DNA of 64,000 bases from an uncultured virus (IMG/VR IMGVR_UViG_3300013306_000447). Taxonomy: Duplodnaviria; Heunggongvirae; Uroviricota; Caudoviricetes. The stretch lies in the IMG/VR virus record IMGVR_UViG_3300013306_000447; one strand, 5' to 3'. The translations under genes were made by a program, and so were the position numbers. Of this stretch, positions 35,214-45,429 are shown piece after piece (positions within the stretch are counted from its first letter, which is position 1; each line of letters begins with the position of its first letter). Under the pieces are notes generated by a model. That model saw nothing but the letters and a program-made list of their open reading frames with translations, made no database searches and had not been told where the DNA came from.

Positions 35214-37084
35214 TACCAGGACCTCCGGTTAATTTCGTAGGCGATGCGACGAGCGATATGCCCGTTGCTGATCGTGGTGTTGTGAATGATGTCCAGCCGC
35301 AGCGAACGCGGAACCACGCCCTTGGCCACGTCGTCCAGATCGTCGGCGCTGCCATCGTTGAACTGCATCAGCCACTCGCGGATCTTGATCACGCGATCGC
35401 CGTACTCGGTGGCGGCCCAATCTTCAAGCGCGACACAGTTGTTGTAGGTAGCGGTACCAATACCCTCCCCCGTCGACGTGCCCGGTGTCGGGTTGCCGCC
35501 AAGCGGCGGCGTGATGATCAGGTAGCGTTTTTCAACGGTTTTCTGCACAGCGACCATGGCCCGAATGTCGGCCTTGATCTGCTCGATGTTGTCGAGGTTG
35601 TTGCGGCCCATCCAGATAATCTCTGTGTAAAACCCGTCGCCGGGCACGTCGGGTACGAACGGCGACTTGGGCGCGCTGTATCGGGCGTCTCCGGCAGCAT
35701 CCCGAGCAAAGGTGTAAACGTCCGAGGAGTCCCCTGTCTCACTGTGCGTGCACGTCAGCGTCCCGTGGATGCCGCCCAAGGTACCTGTCAACGTGTAGGT
35801 GCCGGAATTGGTCGCGGGCGTAGACAGCAATAAGGTGCTCAACGCCGTGACCGTCACCGAACCCGAGGCCGGGATCTGGTTGTCCGTGACGGTCAGCAGT
35901 GCGGTACCAGCACCGAAACGCGCGGCGATCTGGCGAGACGTCTGGCCGCCAATGCCGCCATTCACAATGGTCCGCGCACTGATCAGTGGCGCCAGTTGCT
36001 CGCGCCAGGTGACCTGACTGCTGTTGGCTGTCAAGGAATCCCCTACACACAGCAGGTCGCGAACCGGTTTGAGGTACTCGATCCCTGTGACATCGGGGAT
36101 ATGAATATCAAAATTACCCACCGTTTTGCCGGCTGTGGTGATGCCCAGCGCAATGCGGCCAACCGCATCAACAACGGCCCAGACATAGCCGGACTCTGGG
36201 CTCAGTTGAACCGCAATGAAGCCCGACAGATCGGCCCCCAGCGCTTTGCGAGGTACGGCACCGGTGCCGAGCAAGAATTTCCCGGTAACGGTCCCGTCCA
36301 CTCGAAGAGCCAGCCCAATCCGGCCCAGGGTATCGATCACTGCCCACGCATATCCCGACTGAGGGTCCAACGCCTTGGCGATGAATCCGTCGAGGTCGAG
36401 TTTCAGCGTGTTGCGATCGACAGTGCCATCGCGCAGCATGAACTTGCCCACCAGTGAACCATCCACCCGGCACCCCAGCGCCATGCGCCCAACTGAGTCG
36501 ACCAGCGCCCAGGTGTAACCAGACTCTACGGCCAGTCGAACAAACCGCAGCTCCAAGCCATTAAACGTGCCGCTCTCAACTGCCGAGGTGCGCACGTCTA
36601 TCTCTGCGATGTAACCCACCGACGGGTCATCGGAGACGTGCCTGGCCTCCGTGGCACTGACCCGCACATACAGACTGCGCGATATATCTGGCGAGGTGGG
36701 TTCAACGTAAAAAGACTGGCCGTCGACCGTCGCCAGAAGACCTGCAGCGACAGTGGCATGCACTTTCCCATCGACCATATCGCGGTTGAGGCGATCAATT
36801 TCCGCATTGATCATATCCACCGGATCACTGGTACCGATGCCCTGCAGCAGCGGCGCTCGGTACCCCGCATAACCGATCTGAATATCGATGCGGGCCGCTG
36901 TGGTGTAGAAGAACACCCGCGCACTTGCATCGGCATGCATGGGGTTGGCCAGGACAACGGTCGCCGCTGCATCGGAAAACAGCGGCGCCAACGTCTCACT
37001 CCCCGAGACAAGCACACTCACCGTTGCTCCGGGCAATAGCACGCCGTCTTCAGCCCTTACGGCAAAGAATTGAATAGGTTGCAT
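35213..37084 (-). CDS. Tailspike / receptor-binding protein with SGNH (GDSL) esterase domain
   Basis: VGDSLT, GIGGQTS, WMGRNN, DIIH blocks; three 55-aa repeats. Confidence 0.8.
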   Translation of the reverse strand: MQPIQFFAVRAEDGVLLPGATVSVLVSGSETLAPLFSDAAATVVLANPMHADASARVFFYTTAARIDIQIGYAGYRAPLLQGIGTSDPVDMINAEIDRLNRDMVDGKVHATVAAGLLATVDGQSFYVEPTSPDISRSLYVRVSATEARHVSDDPSVGYIAEIDVRTSAVESGTFNGLELRFVRLAVESGYTWALVDSVGRMALGCRVDGSLVGKFMLRDGTVDRNTLKLDLDGFIAKALDPQSGYAWAVIDTLGRIGLALRVDGTVTGKFLLGTGAVPRKALGADLSGFIAVQLSPESGYVWAVVDAVGRIALGITTAGKTVGNFDIHIPDVTGIEYLKPVRDLLCVGDSLTANSSQVTWREQLAPLISARTIVNGGIGGQTSRQIAARFGAGTALLTVTDNQIPASGSVTVTALSTLLLSTPATNSGTYTLTGTLGGIHGTLTCTHSETGDSSDVYTFARDAAGDARYSAPKSPFVPDVPGDGFYTEIIWMGRNNLDNIEQIKADIRAMVAVQKTVEKRYLIITPPLGGNPTPGTSTGEGIGTATYNNCVALEDWAATEYGDRVIKIREWLMQFNDGSADDLDDVAKGVVPRSLRLDIIHNTTISNGHIARRIAYEINRRSW

Positions 37085-37096
37085 GATGAGTCTCTA

Positions 37097-39607
37097 TCAG
37101 GTGTTGAAGGTGATCGCCGGGGCGAAGTTGAGTTGACTGCGTACACTGCTCCAGGTGTCGTACGCTGCAGCGCAGGGGTAATACGTGGTGTCTGGCGTCA
37201 GTCCCGTGATCTGCCCGGTGCGTGATACGCCTTGATAGCCGACCGTTCCTGCAGTTGCCGGATCAAAATCCTCCTCTGTCGAATACACGAACACATAGCC
37301 CGCCGTGTCTGCAGCTGCACTGGCCGCGCAACTGACATCCGCGGTGGTGGTGCCAGTGACCGTGGCGGCGGTTCCCGTAACGGGCGCCGGCGCCGTATTG
37401 GTGACCAACAACGACACCAACTGTGCCTGGCCTGCAGCGTTGCGCTCGATGACCTCCACCCGATAGCTGCGAATGAGCGCGCCATCCACCAGCGCATCTT
37501 CACGTTGGTACGTGAATGCCGTGCTGGTGGTCGCCACCTCTCGCAGGAGGGCATTGCTACCCGCGTGACGAACGCGTACCAAGCGATCCTCGGCACGAGC
37601 TCCCGCCACCCAGCTCACGGTGAAGTACGGTGCCTCGAAGGCCCCCACCAGAGCGACGTTTTGCGCAGTATCAGGCGCTACCCGGGCGGGTGATAACGTG
37701 ACGCTGTAGGCAGTGACATCCGCCAGATCCTCAAGCGCTCGACCAAACACGTTAAATGAGCGGAACTTGACCCAGACAGTCTTGCCGACTTGGTCGGACG
37801 TATAGCTGTACTTCCAGACGGCATCATCCAACCGGACAAAGGGTGAACCGGCCGAATGACTGGAGATGGCCGTGCTCAGACGCCCGCGTCGCAGATAGCT
37901 CAGCTCATAGCCTCCGATGCCCGTGAGCACCGCGTCGCGGTAACTCAGCAGCTCACCGGCCACCCAACACAGCGTGGCGCCACTTTCCGCTTCGGCGGTC
38001 GTGGCCGCTGCCAGCTCGGTCGCCGCTGCCAGTTGTACCGACAAGGTGTTGACCGTATCGGGGTCGCCTCCGGATGCGAGCGTTGCGGTCAGCTGGCCCA
38101 TGCGCGCCCTGCCGTAAATCGTCTCCGCTAACCGGTAGCTGTCGCCATCAGCGCTGATCCAGATCTCACAACCGCCCCAGGCCTCACCCACACCGGCAAC
38201 ACCGCCCCAGATCTGCAATGTGCCGGCGGGCAGCAAGCTCTCGGGTGGGTTGAACATGATGGGCGCCAGGACAGGACCAGGCGCGACGTTCTGATTGCCC
38301 TGATAACCGCTCTTGCTTTGCACCGGATAGTTGGGCGCGCTGCCGACGCCCAACAACGCATCTTCGGCCACGATCGCCAACTTACCCAGCTCGTCCTCCT
38401 CAACCGAAATCAGCCGGACCAGGCGCTGGTGCAGGTTCAACCCTGGCTCAGTGATCGTGACCAGGTCCATGGGCTCGAGGAGCACATGCTGCCAACCGAG
38501 GGAGAACTCATATTCATTGCGCACATACAGCTTGCGTTGCACCAACAACTGCGCCGCATGGGCTCCAATGGCGATATTGCAGATCTCGTACGCTTTGATG
38601 GTGTCCATCGGCTTGGAGCCAAACTGCTCAATGGCAGCCTGATCAGGCGCACGCACCACGTCGGTGTTGTACTCGTGATCGCGATCGAGGATCTCCAGCG
38701 ACACTTCGTTGTAGCTGTCGGCCTGGCTCTTGATCTTGAGCGAGACCGGAGGCTCACCGTCCTCTGAAAGAAAATCGTCATCGGTCAGATCCGCCACCGG
38801 CGTGATGTTCGGAAACCACGTCACGCCGTTACCGGTGACGGCCTGGTCGCCGTAGGGGATCACCTTAAGTTGACCGGCGGACCACACCAGCTCGCTGTTG
38901 GTCAGTTGCAACCAGCGCGCGATCGCCTCATTCGCCGGCGACTGCTCGTCGAGCACCGGACTCAAGAGTAAGTTTTCCGCCAAGCAATAGTTGCGGTAGT
39001 TCGACATATCCGCGACCCATGCCGGGGTAAAACCGATACCGTCCAATGGATCGAGCAAAAGCCCGGGCAGGAAATCGCCCGGGTTGGCATCCGGCAGCCC
39101 GGGCACCTGATAACGCCCGTCCACCTCGAAGGTATGATTCTGGACGCCGGCATTATCGTTGAGCAGGTACCTGCTGGAAAACACGTAGGCCGTATCGGAA
39201 TAGGCAATCGCTTCGGCAGGGTGGCGAGTTTGAAGAAAACCCCACACGGTCTGATCATGAGTGCCATTGGCGTAGTTCAAACCCACTTGAGCCAGCGATG
39301 TGAATACTTCCTTGTCGCGGAAGACACGGTGAATGGCACCCAGCGGCCCACGCCCGACCGCAAGGATCAGCGCCGCATAATAGGTATAGGTCGTGTCTTT
39401 TTGGGTGGCTCCGCCCCCGCCTTTACCTCCCGACTTTTTCGTCGTGGTTTTGGCTACCGCTTCGAAGTCACTGTAATAAATGAGGTTAGGGCTGATGCGG
39501 TTGCGGCCGGCGATCCAGGCGATCGGCTTGCCACTCGCACTGCTCTGGATCTGCAGCGCGTTGATGCGCGTTGCACTGTTGGAAATGGTACTACTGCTGC
39601 CCCCCAT
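37097..39607 (-). CDS. Tail tip / host-specificity protein (gpJ, GTA-like)
   Basis: 836 aa; GKPIAWIAG, LEPMDLVT, YLRRGRLST, KFRSFN, C-terminal FN3-like region. Confidence 0.8.
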   Translation of the reverse strand: MGGSSSTISNSATRINALQIQSSASGKPIAWIAGRNRISPNLIYYSDFEAVAKTTTKKSGGKGGGGATQKDTTYTYYAALILAVGRGPLGAIHRVFRDKEVFTSLAQVGLNYANGTHDQTVWGFLQTRHPAEAIAYSDTAYVFSSRYLLNDNAGVQNHTFEVDGRYQVPGLPDANPGDFLPGLLLDPLDGIGFTPAWVADMSNYRNYCLAENLLLSPVLDEQSPANEAIARWLQLTNSELVWSAGQLKVIPYGDQAVTGNGVTWFPNITPVADLTDDDFLSEDGEPPVSLKIKSQADSYNEVSLEILDRDHEYNTDVVRAPDQAAIEQFGSKPMDTIKAYEICNIAIGAHAAQLLVQRKLYVRNEYEFSLGWQHVLLEPMDLVTITEPGLNLHQRLVRLISVEEDELGKLAIVAEDALLGVGSAPNYPVQSKSGYQGNQNVAPGPVLAPIMFNPPESLLPAGTLQIWGGVAGVGEAWGGCEIWISADGDSYRLAETIYGRARMGQLTATLASGGDPDTVNTLSVQLAAATELAAATTAEAESGATLCWVAGELLSYRDAVLTGIGGYELSYLRRGRLSTAISSHSAGSPFVRLDDAVWKYSYTSDQVGKTVWVKFRSFNVFGRALEDLADVTAYSVTLSPARVAPDTAQNVALVGAFEAPYFTVSWVAGARAEDRLVRVRHAGSNALLREVATTSTAFTYQREDALVDGALIRSYRVEVIERNAAGQAQLVSLLVTNTAPAPVTGTAATVTGTTTADVSCAASAAADTAGYVFVYSTEEDFDPATAGTVGYQGVSRTGQITGLTPDTTYYPCAAAYDTWSSVRSQLNFAPAITFNT

Positions 39608-40049
39608 CGCTGACTCCATATCGGTTAAGTGTGTAATAACGCACGGTGTGGCTGGAGAGCCGCTCCTCGCGCATGTCTGCAAACTCGACGCCGATGTCCC
39701 GATAGGCGTGAATGATGCGATGCTCATCGACCACCACCGCGCCGTGGCTGAAGGTCCGGCCGAATTTCCAGACCGCGACATCGCCACGCTGCGGGACATC
39801 GATCTGCCGGCCGTACAACTCCAGCCACCCCAGGTAGCGTTCCTCGCTGCGGTGCAGGTGCCAGTCCTGGGCATAGGCCCCGGGATCGATCGAGGGAATC
39901 AACCCGGCGGCGTGATACACCTCAATTAGCAACCAGGCGCAATCGACGCCGACGCCGAGCAGGTGCTGCCGGTGCTGGTACGGCGTGCGCAACCAGAGCT
40001 CAGCCTGCGCGACCACGGCATCACGCTGCAGCACTTCGAACGGGCTCAT
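39591..40049 (-). CDS. NlpC/P60 tail peptidase
   Basis: WLRTPYQH, GVDCAWL, SHGAV, IIHAY. Confidence 0.88.
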   Translation of the reverse strand: MSPFEVLQRDAVVAQAELWLRTPYQHRQHLLGVGVDCAWLLIEVYHAAGLIPSIDPGAYAQDWHLHRSEERYLGWLELYGRQIDVPQRGDVAVWKFGRTFSHGAVVVDEHRIIHAYRDIGVEFADMREERLSSHTVRYYTLNRYGVSDGGQQ

Positions 40050-40906
40050 ACCGATGTCTCCGCGACGGGAATGAACGGCATCCCCCGGTACCGCGCTCGG
40101 TTGCCGAATTTGTTGGTGCAGGCATCCAGCGTCCGTGGGCAACCCGGGTAAATCAGAAACTGATCACCTGCCACTGGCACGCCTGGCAGGCCCAGGATCA
40201 TCGTCACGGCGCCATCGGCAGTGAATCGGCGTACGGTTCTTGTCACTCCTGCATTGGCGCCGTTCACAAAACGAATCACGCCCTGGTCGAACCAGCCCTG
40301 GGTGGCGGGCACATTGGAGTTCACACGCAGGGCCGTGCTGCCGCCCTGGACCACACCCACGGTTTCAAATAGGGCACGGTTCACCCCGCAATCGGCGCTG
40401 TACACCGTGCGCAGGCACGAGGGCTGATAAACGCCCCGGGGCACCTTGGTATCCAGCAGCTCGATCGGCGACTTTACTGTCACCGTCGCCTGCTCGCGGT
40501 CGGCAGGATCCACCTCGGCGACCCGCCCGATAAAACGTGTGACCGTGCCCACCACGGGCGACCGCCAGTCCGCCATGAACGCTCTGACAAGGTTAAGGGT
40601 GGCCCCGTCAAAACCGCCGCCGGCAATGAATGGCAGCAAGGGCTCGCCGAACACGGTGTCGTCCATGCCGGCGGTAAAGGTCACGTTCAACGTGTCGACC
40701 TCAATCCCGCGCACCGCACGTACGCCGGTGCGCTTGATCAGCGGCCCGCTGGCCGAGTAGTTCTGTCCGGCATAGAAGATCTGCAAACCCGCATCGGTGT
40801 AACGCAGCACCTGGCCGCTGGCCAGGGCAATCGTGTACAGATCCGTCATGACGAAACTGCGCGCCGTGGCCAGAAAGGATTTTAGTTCAGGTGTGGCATC
40901 GATCAT
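40046..40906 (-). CDS. Tail hub protein (DUF2163-like)
   Basis: YQPSC...DCGV, YPGC...C..KF.N...YRGMPFIP. Confidence 0.85.
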   Translation of the reverse strand: MIDATPELKSFLATARSFVMTDLYTIALASGQVLRYTDAGLQIFYAGQNYSASGPLIKRTGVRAVRGIEVDTLNVTFTAGMDDTVFGEPLLPFIAGGGFDGATLNLVRAFMADWRSPVVGTVTRFIGRVAEVDPADREQATVTVKSPIELLDTKVPRGVYQPSCLRTVYSADCGVNRALFETVGVVQGGSTALRVNSNVPATQGWFDQGVIRFVNGANAGVTRTVRRFTADGAVTMILGLPGVPVAGDQFLIYPGCPRTLDACTNKFGNRARYRGMPFIPVAETSV

Positions 40907-41553
40907 GGCTTGATACTCGTGAACGCGATGTTTTTGAGCTCCCAAATCGCGCGATAAGGCTGAGCCCCGTCGAGCGAATCGGCCTCGAAAGCACAGCGAA
41001 AATAAAAGGCCCCGCTCCACACCAGCGCCGCGTCAATCGGAGGGGCCACCGTAAAGGTGATGCGCCCCAGCTCATCCACAGTGAAGGCTGAAGTAGGAGC
41101 ACCACTGACAGTGACAACGTCCACATTGACGACCCCGTACACCGGCTCCACCCAGTGACCGATCTCCCGGGAAAGCTGGAATGTTCGCGTGGTGCCGTCC
41201 CCGGTGCCAAAGCGCTGAAGCGTTACCAGGTGATCACTGCGGTCGAAGAACAGGAACTCGCCGAATTGCCCTTTGCGCTGATTAAAGAACTCAATCAGCC
41301 TCGACCACTCATCCAACCCAGGGCGCTTGCGTACGGCGTTGTAACTCAGCTGGAAAGACCACAGCGGCGCCGGGTAGTACGCCGTTGTCCGGCGTCGACC
41401 ACTGGCAGCTTTCTGCACTCCGGTACTCCACTCAGGTGCTTTTTTTGAAAGCAGGGTTTGCCCGGGCAGGCGCGGCAGAACACCTTCCGCCGCCGCGCCC
41501 ATATCGGGGTAACTGGCGATCCAGCGCGCCGGCCAAAAAGGTCCTAACGACAT
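40903..41553 (-). CDS. Distal tail protein (DUF2460-like)
   Basis: FFNQRKG...FLFFD, GTGDGTTRTFQL. Confidence 0.85.
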   Translation of the reverse strand: MSLGPFWPARWIASYPDMGAAAEGVLPRLPGQTLLSKKAPEWSTGVQKAASGRRRTTAYYPAPLWSFQLSYNAVRKRPGLDEWSRLIEFFNQRKGQFGEFLFFDRSDHLVTLQRFGTGDGTTRTFQLSREIGHWVEPVYGVVNVDVVTVSGAPTSAFTVDELGRITFTVAPPIDAALVWSGAFYFRCAFEADSLDGAQPYRAIWELKNIAFTSIKP

Positions 41554-41562
41554 CTTGTCCCC

Positions 41563-44334
41563 CTAAGTTTTGATGGCGCCGTTGCGCCGCATTTTTTGCA
41601 TTTCCTCAGCCAGCACCCGGGCACCACGCCGAATATCAGCGGGAGACATCCGGCCGCTGCTGTCGTGGTAGTGATAGCTGTTGCCAGAACCGCCTAACTG
41701 CCCTTCCCCATTAGCTGCCTGGCGAATGACATTGGCGTATTGCTTGGGTAGCACCATTTCCTGCTCGTGGAGTTGTGTCATGGGGTTGGTACCGGCAGGG
41801 ATGTCATAGCCGCCCTCAGCCGAAGCAACGTTTTTCACCAGGCCAAATACGAACGCACCGGCGGCGACTGCCGCCGCCGCGCCCAGGACAGGGCCAATGA
41901 TCGGAATGGCCGACATGGCTGCAAAGGCACCGGCCATGGCCTGCCAGGCGCTGGCAATGATGTTTTTGATCGTGGCTGCGCCCCAGATCGCTACGGACAT
42001 GGCCGCACCGCCTGCCTCTGCAGCCGTTCGAGCGCCTACACCCACTACGGTCGCACCGGTTTTAGCTGTCTCACCGAACATCCAGGCCATCAACGGCTTG
42101 GTGACCATGTTCTCAACGAACGCGGTGCCGATGCTGGTGAAGATCCCGCGCAACAGGCCCTGGGTGCTCATGGTGCCGCTGATGATGCCGGTAAGCCCGC
42201 TCGACCAACTGGTACGCAAACTGTCGACCATGCCCGTCCAGTTGCTTTGCGACTCGAATGTTTGCTGCCTGCCAATCACCGCCATGCTGTTGCGGTGCGT
42301 TTGCTCCAGCGCCAGGATCTGCTGCTGGACCTGCTGCAGCGCGACCGGGTTGCGGTCAGGATCCTGCTCCAGCAGCGCCTTACGCTCGGCCAATGCCTGA
42401 GCTTCGATCGCATACCGCTGCTTTTCGAACTCGGCCTGGGCCTGCAGCAGCTGGCCTTGGGTGATCAGGTTGGCTTGCAGATCCAGCTGGGCCATCTGCT
42501 CGGCATGCGCAACATCGGTAAGCCGCGCCTGCTGATCGGCAGCCAGCTGCTGCTGTTTCATGTTGGTAATTTGCTGCTGCTTTTCGCGCTCGACTGCGAC
42601 CACCTCTGCCGCAGCCTTGCGGTATTCCTGGCTGTCCTGGCCGTAGAGTTGTCGGCTGCGCTCCAGAGTCTGCTGAGCGATCTGCAGACGCGCGTCCATA
42701 TTGTTGCGGTACTGCTGCGCCTGGGCCTGCAGATCGGCAAAGGCTTGGCCTTCGTCCTGTCGGCGCAACGCATTCAGTGACGCCAGGTAATTGCGCTGAA
42801 CGCTCAAACGTTCGGCCGCGCTCAAATCCGTGCGCTTGAGAATGCCCTGCCAGTACTGCATTTCCTGCTGCTGGGAGAACTGCAGGAAGGTGCCCTGTTC
42901 GGCCTGCTGCTGTGCGTGAGCGACCTTCTGCGCGTCCAATGCTTCTGCCCACTCACTGACCCGTGACGTGGCCTTCGTCGGCGCACTTACCGGGTCATCC
43001 GCTTTTTTAGGGGGAGTTGTGGACTCAACTATTTTTTTCCGATGCTCGACGGCTGCAGCGTATGCCTGCTCCAGCTTGGTCAACCGGGCGACTTCAACGC
43101 CGTAAGCGGTCGGACTTGTCCTACCCTGCTGTGGTGCTTTGGTCAGTGCTGTATCGCCGGTCGCGGCCATCTCCGCCACTTTGCGTCGCTGCTCTTCAAT
43201 GCGAGCGGAACGGGACCGCATACCCGCGTCGACTTCTTCCAGCTTATTGGAAACCAACTGCATGTTTTCCAGCAGCAGGCGCTCTTCGACCAGCGTGGCT
43301 TCCAGTTGGGCCTTGCCACCCCCACCGCGCGGTCCGGCAATGACTATTCCTAACATCGCTTCGTAGCGCGCGACGTTCGCCGCCACCTCATCAACGGTAA
43401 GGCCTACGCCGGTCATACCTTTCAATAGGTTGTTGAACCAACTGGCGGTTTCAGACAGACGCTTATTCAGGCTGATGAAGACAGGCTCAAGGATGGTACC
43501 GATGGTGACCTGCAGCTGGTTACTTTTGGAGTCGAGCTCGGCCTGGCTCCCAGTCAACCCATCGGCCGCTTTGGCGGCGTTGCCGACCTGAGCCTCGGTC
43601 TCTTTCATGATGCCGTTGTATTCGGCCGTGATCTTTTGCGAGTCCGACAACTTGTCACGACTGCTGCCGATGCTCTTGGCGTACTCGTCCCACATTTTGG
43701 CGACGTTTTTCGTGACACCGGCGTTATCCACCAGCACCGAGTTTTCGTTTTTCAAGCCCTCGGTGGCCGACACCACAGCTTCCGACATGCTGAGATTAGC
43801 TTGCCGGTTGAACGCTGCAGCGTCTTTTAGGCGGTTGATCACCGCCACTGCCTGGTCAACGTTGTAGCCACGGCTGAGCAGGTTTTGCAGCGCTTTGGCT
43901 GCGTCACCGACGCTGAGCAAGCCGTCGGAGGCGAGCTTGTTGGCCTCATCCATGGCCCGGCCAATACCGACACCGGCATGATTGGCCACCGCTTCCAGGC
44001 CACGATAAGCAGCCTCCTGTTGGATCGCCGCGTCCTTGCTATCGCTAACAATCTGGCCAAGCTTGAAAGCACCCAGACCAAACACACCCGCAATGCCTGC
44101 CGCCACACCACCGAGCCCCGAGCGCATGATGGTGCTGACGCCAGAAAACGCTTCATTAACGGCCGGGCCAAAACGAGCCAGGCGGGTTTGGCTGCCGACC
44201 ATCTCGGTGTTGATGGCACGTAGCTCGCGGCTGAATGTCGTCCGAGCGTCACGCATGTTGCGCTCGATGCTTTCGACCGCACGATCAAAGCCTTGGGTGC
44301 CGGCAGTGAACTGATAGGCAATATTACGATCCAT
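41563..44334 (-). CDS. Tail tape measure protein
   Basis: 923 aa, Gln/Ala-rich coiled coil, C-terminal SAEGGYDIP...LHEQEMVLP. Confidence 0.92.
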   Translation of the reverse strand: MDRNIAYQFTAGTQGFDRAVESIERNMRDARTTFSRELRAINTEMVGSQTRLARFGPAVNEAFSGVSTIMRSGLGGVAAGIAGVFGLGAFKLGQIVSDSKDAAIQQEAAYRGLEAVANHAGVGIGRAMDEANKLASDGLLSVGDAAKALQNLLSRGYNVDQAVAVINRLKDAAAFNRQANLSMSEAVVSATEGLKNENSVLVDNAGVTKNVAKMWDEYAKSIGSSRDKLSDSQKITAEYNGIMKETEAQVGNAAKAADGLTGSQAELDSKSNQLQVTIGTILEPVFISLNKRLSETASWFNNLLKGMTGVGLTVDEVAANVARYEAMLGIVIAGPRGGGGKAQLEATLVEERLLLENMQLVSNKLEEVDAGMRSRSARIEEQRRKVAEMAATGDTALTKAPQQGRTSPTAYGVEVARLTKLEQAYAAAVEHRKKIVESTTPPKKADDPVSAPTKATSRVSEWAEALDAQKVAHAQQQAEQGTFLQFSQQQEMQYWQGILKRTDLSAAERLSVQRNYLASLNALRRQDEGQAFADLQAQAQQYRNNMDARLQIAQQTLERSRQLYGQDSQEYRKAAAEVVAVEREKQQQITNMKQQQLAADQQARLTDVAHAEQMAQLDLQANLITQGQLLQAQAEFEKQRYAIEAQALAERKALLEQDPDRNPVALQQVQQQILALEQTHRNSMAVIGRQQTFESQSNWTGMVDSLRTSWSSGLTGIISGTMSTQGLLRGIFTSIGTAFVENMVTKPLMAWMFGETAKTGATVVGVGARTAAEAGGAAMSVAIWGAATIKNIIASAWQAMAGAFAAMSAIPIIGPVLGAAAAVAAGAFVFGLVKNVASAEGGYDIPAGTNPMTQLHEQEMVLPKQYANVIRQAANGEGQLGGSGNSYHYHDSSGRMSPADIRRGARVLAEEMQKMRRNGAIKT

Positions 44335-44620
44335 ACCAAGACCTCAATCACAGACAAAAAAAAGACCCGCTAAGGCGAGACTATCGATGACGACCTGGCA
44401 GTTGATTCGATTTATTGGGGACCACCTCTACGGTGCCTTCACCATTAAATCCCAAATCATGATGAGCAGAACTTTGACAAAATCTAACGATAGGTAGCAT
44501 TAATCAGCACCATCATTAGATTGTCAGGCAAGCATTGAATGGATTTACGAAATACAGAGACAGTCTGAGATCTACCTGAGACGTGAGTACGAAACTTTCC
44601 ATTCAAACGGAGGGCGATGA

Positions 44621-44824
44621 ATGTTCACCACCAGGCTCAAACGCATGCATTACCTAAACCTGCCTGCATTTTTTGAGGTAGCCGAAATGCCCTGTCTCGG
44701 GAGGATAGCGGCGGTGATGGATGAAGAGGTTTTAGTGGAGATTGAGCAAAATGACAAAATCGTGTTTTTGCTCAAGCACATAACCTCTATCGAATTCATC
44801 AAGCCCCCCACTCTCTCGAATTAG
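44621..44824 (+). CDS. Small moron protein, possibly Sm/Hfq-like fold
   Basis: 67 aa, GGAGGG RBS, AT-richer insert opposite to the tail operon. Confidence 0.6.
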   Translation: MFTTRLKRMHYLNLPAFFEVAEMPCLGRIAAVMDEEVLVEIEQNDKIVFLLKHITSIEFIKPPTLSN

Positions 44825-45130
44825 CTACTGACTGCTGGAAAACGCGTCCAGCGCCAGGCGTAGGTGCTCGGGCAGCTCGCTAGCCAACTCGGCAGACATT
44901 GCTGCCAGGTTGCTGGCCAGATCCGGTGCATCAGTCACTTCCTGGGTCGGTTTGTAGCCCATGTATCCAGCCACAAGGACGTGCACGGGCGGGTGGCTCC
45001 GCCAGTAGTCGGTCATATGCCCTACCATCACCATGTCCCAGTCACGTCGAAGCGTGACCGGGCTTTGCCCGGTACTGGCGATCAGGTGAGCGTAGAGTTG
45101 GCCCCAGTCGAAGGGGCCAGTGCTTCCCCC
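44825..45130 (-). CDS. Tail assembly chaperone, -1 frameshift extension (gpGT-like)
   Basis: Frame entered at G-GGG-GAA (45124..45130): GSTGPFDWGQLYAHLIAS...YWRSHPP. Confidence 0.7.
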   Translation of the reverse strand, partial: GGSTGPFDWGQLYAHLIASTGQSPVTLRRDWDMVMVGHMTDYWRSHPPVHVLVAGYMGYKPTQEVTDAPDLASNLAAMSAELASELPEHLRLALDAFSSSQ

Positions 45131-45429
45131 GGCGCCGACTCTGTGACCTCCAGGCCCGAGGCACTCATAACAGCATCCAACGCATCACGCATGTTGCGAA
45201 GATCCAGCAGCGAGGCCACCTCTGCGCGCTCAATGTCTGGGTAGTTACGACGCAATGCCGCGTGCGTGGCGTCGATCACCGTCGCGATACTGTCCCGGTC
45301 CATGTTGCCGGCCATCACCGCATTGATCCGCTCCAGCAGTTGCTCCAGATCCCCCAGCGCCAGAGGCGGAATGACGAGCGTTTTACCCGGAAACGGGAAC
45401 GAAACACCTGGAACATTCACGACCGTCAT
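45082..45429 (-). CDS. Tail assembly chaperone (gpG-like)
   Basis: IPPLALG, ALRRNYPD; between tail tube and tape measure. Confidence 0.8.
   Translation of the reverse strand: MTVVNVPGVSFPFPGKTLVIPPLALGDLEQLLERINAVMAGNMDRDSIATVIDATHAALRRNYPDIERAEVASLLDLRNMRDALDAVMSASGLEVTESAPGEALAPSTGANSTLT

Noticed and set aside
44387..44497. 36-codon ORF upstream of the moron
   Set aside because: Weak RBS and no motif; cannot be supported without conservation or ribosome data
44565..44596. Hammerhead ribozyme (CTGA...GAAAC)
   Set aside because: No CTGANGA core with a proper stem II and no matching stems I/III
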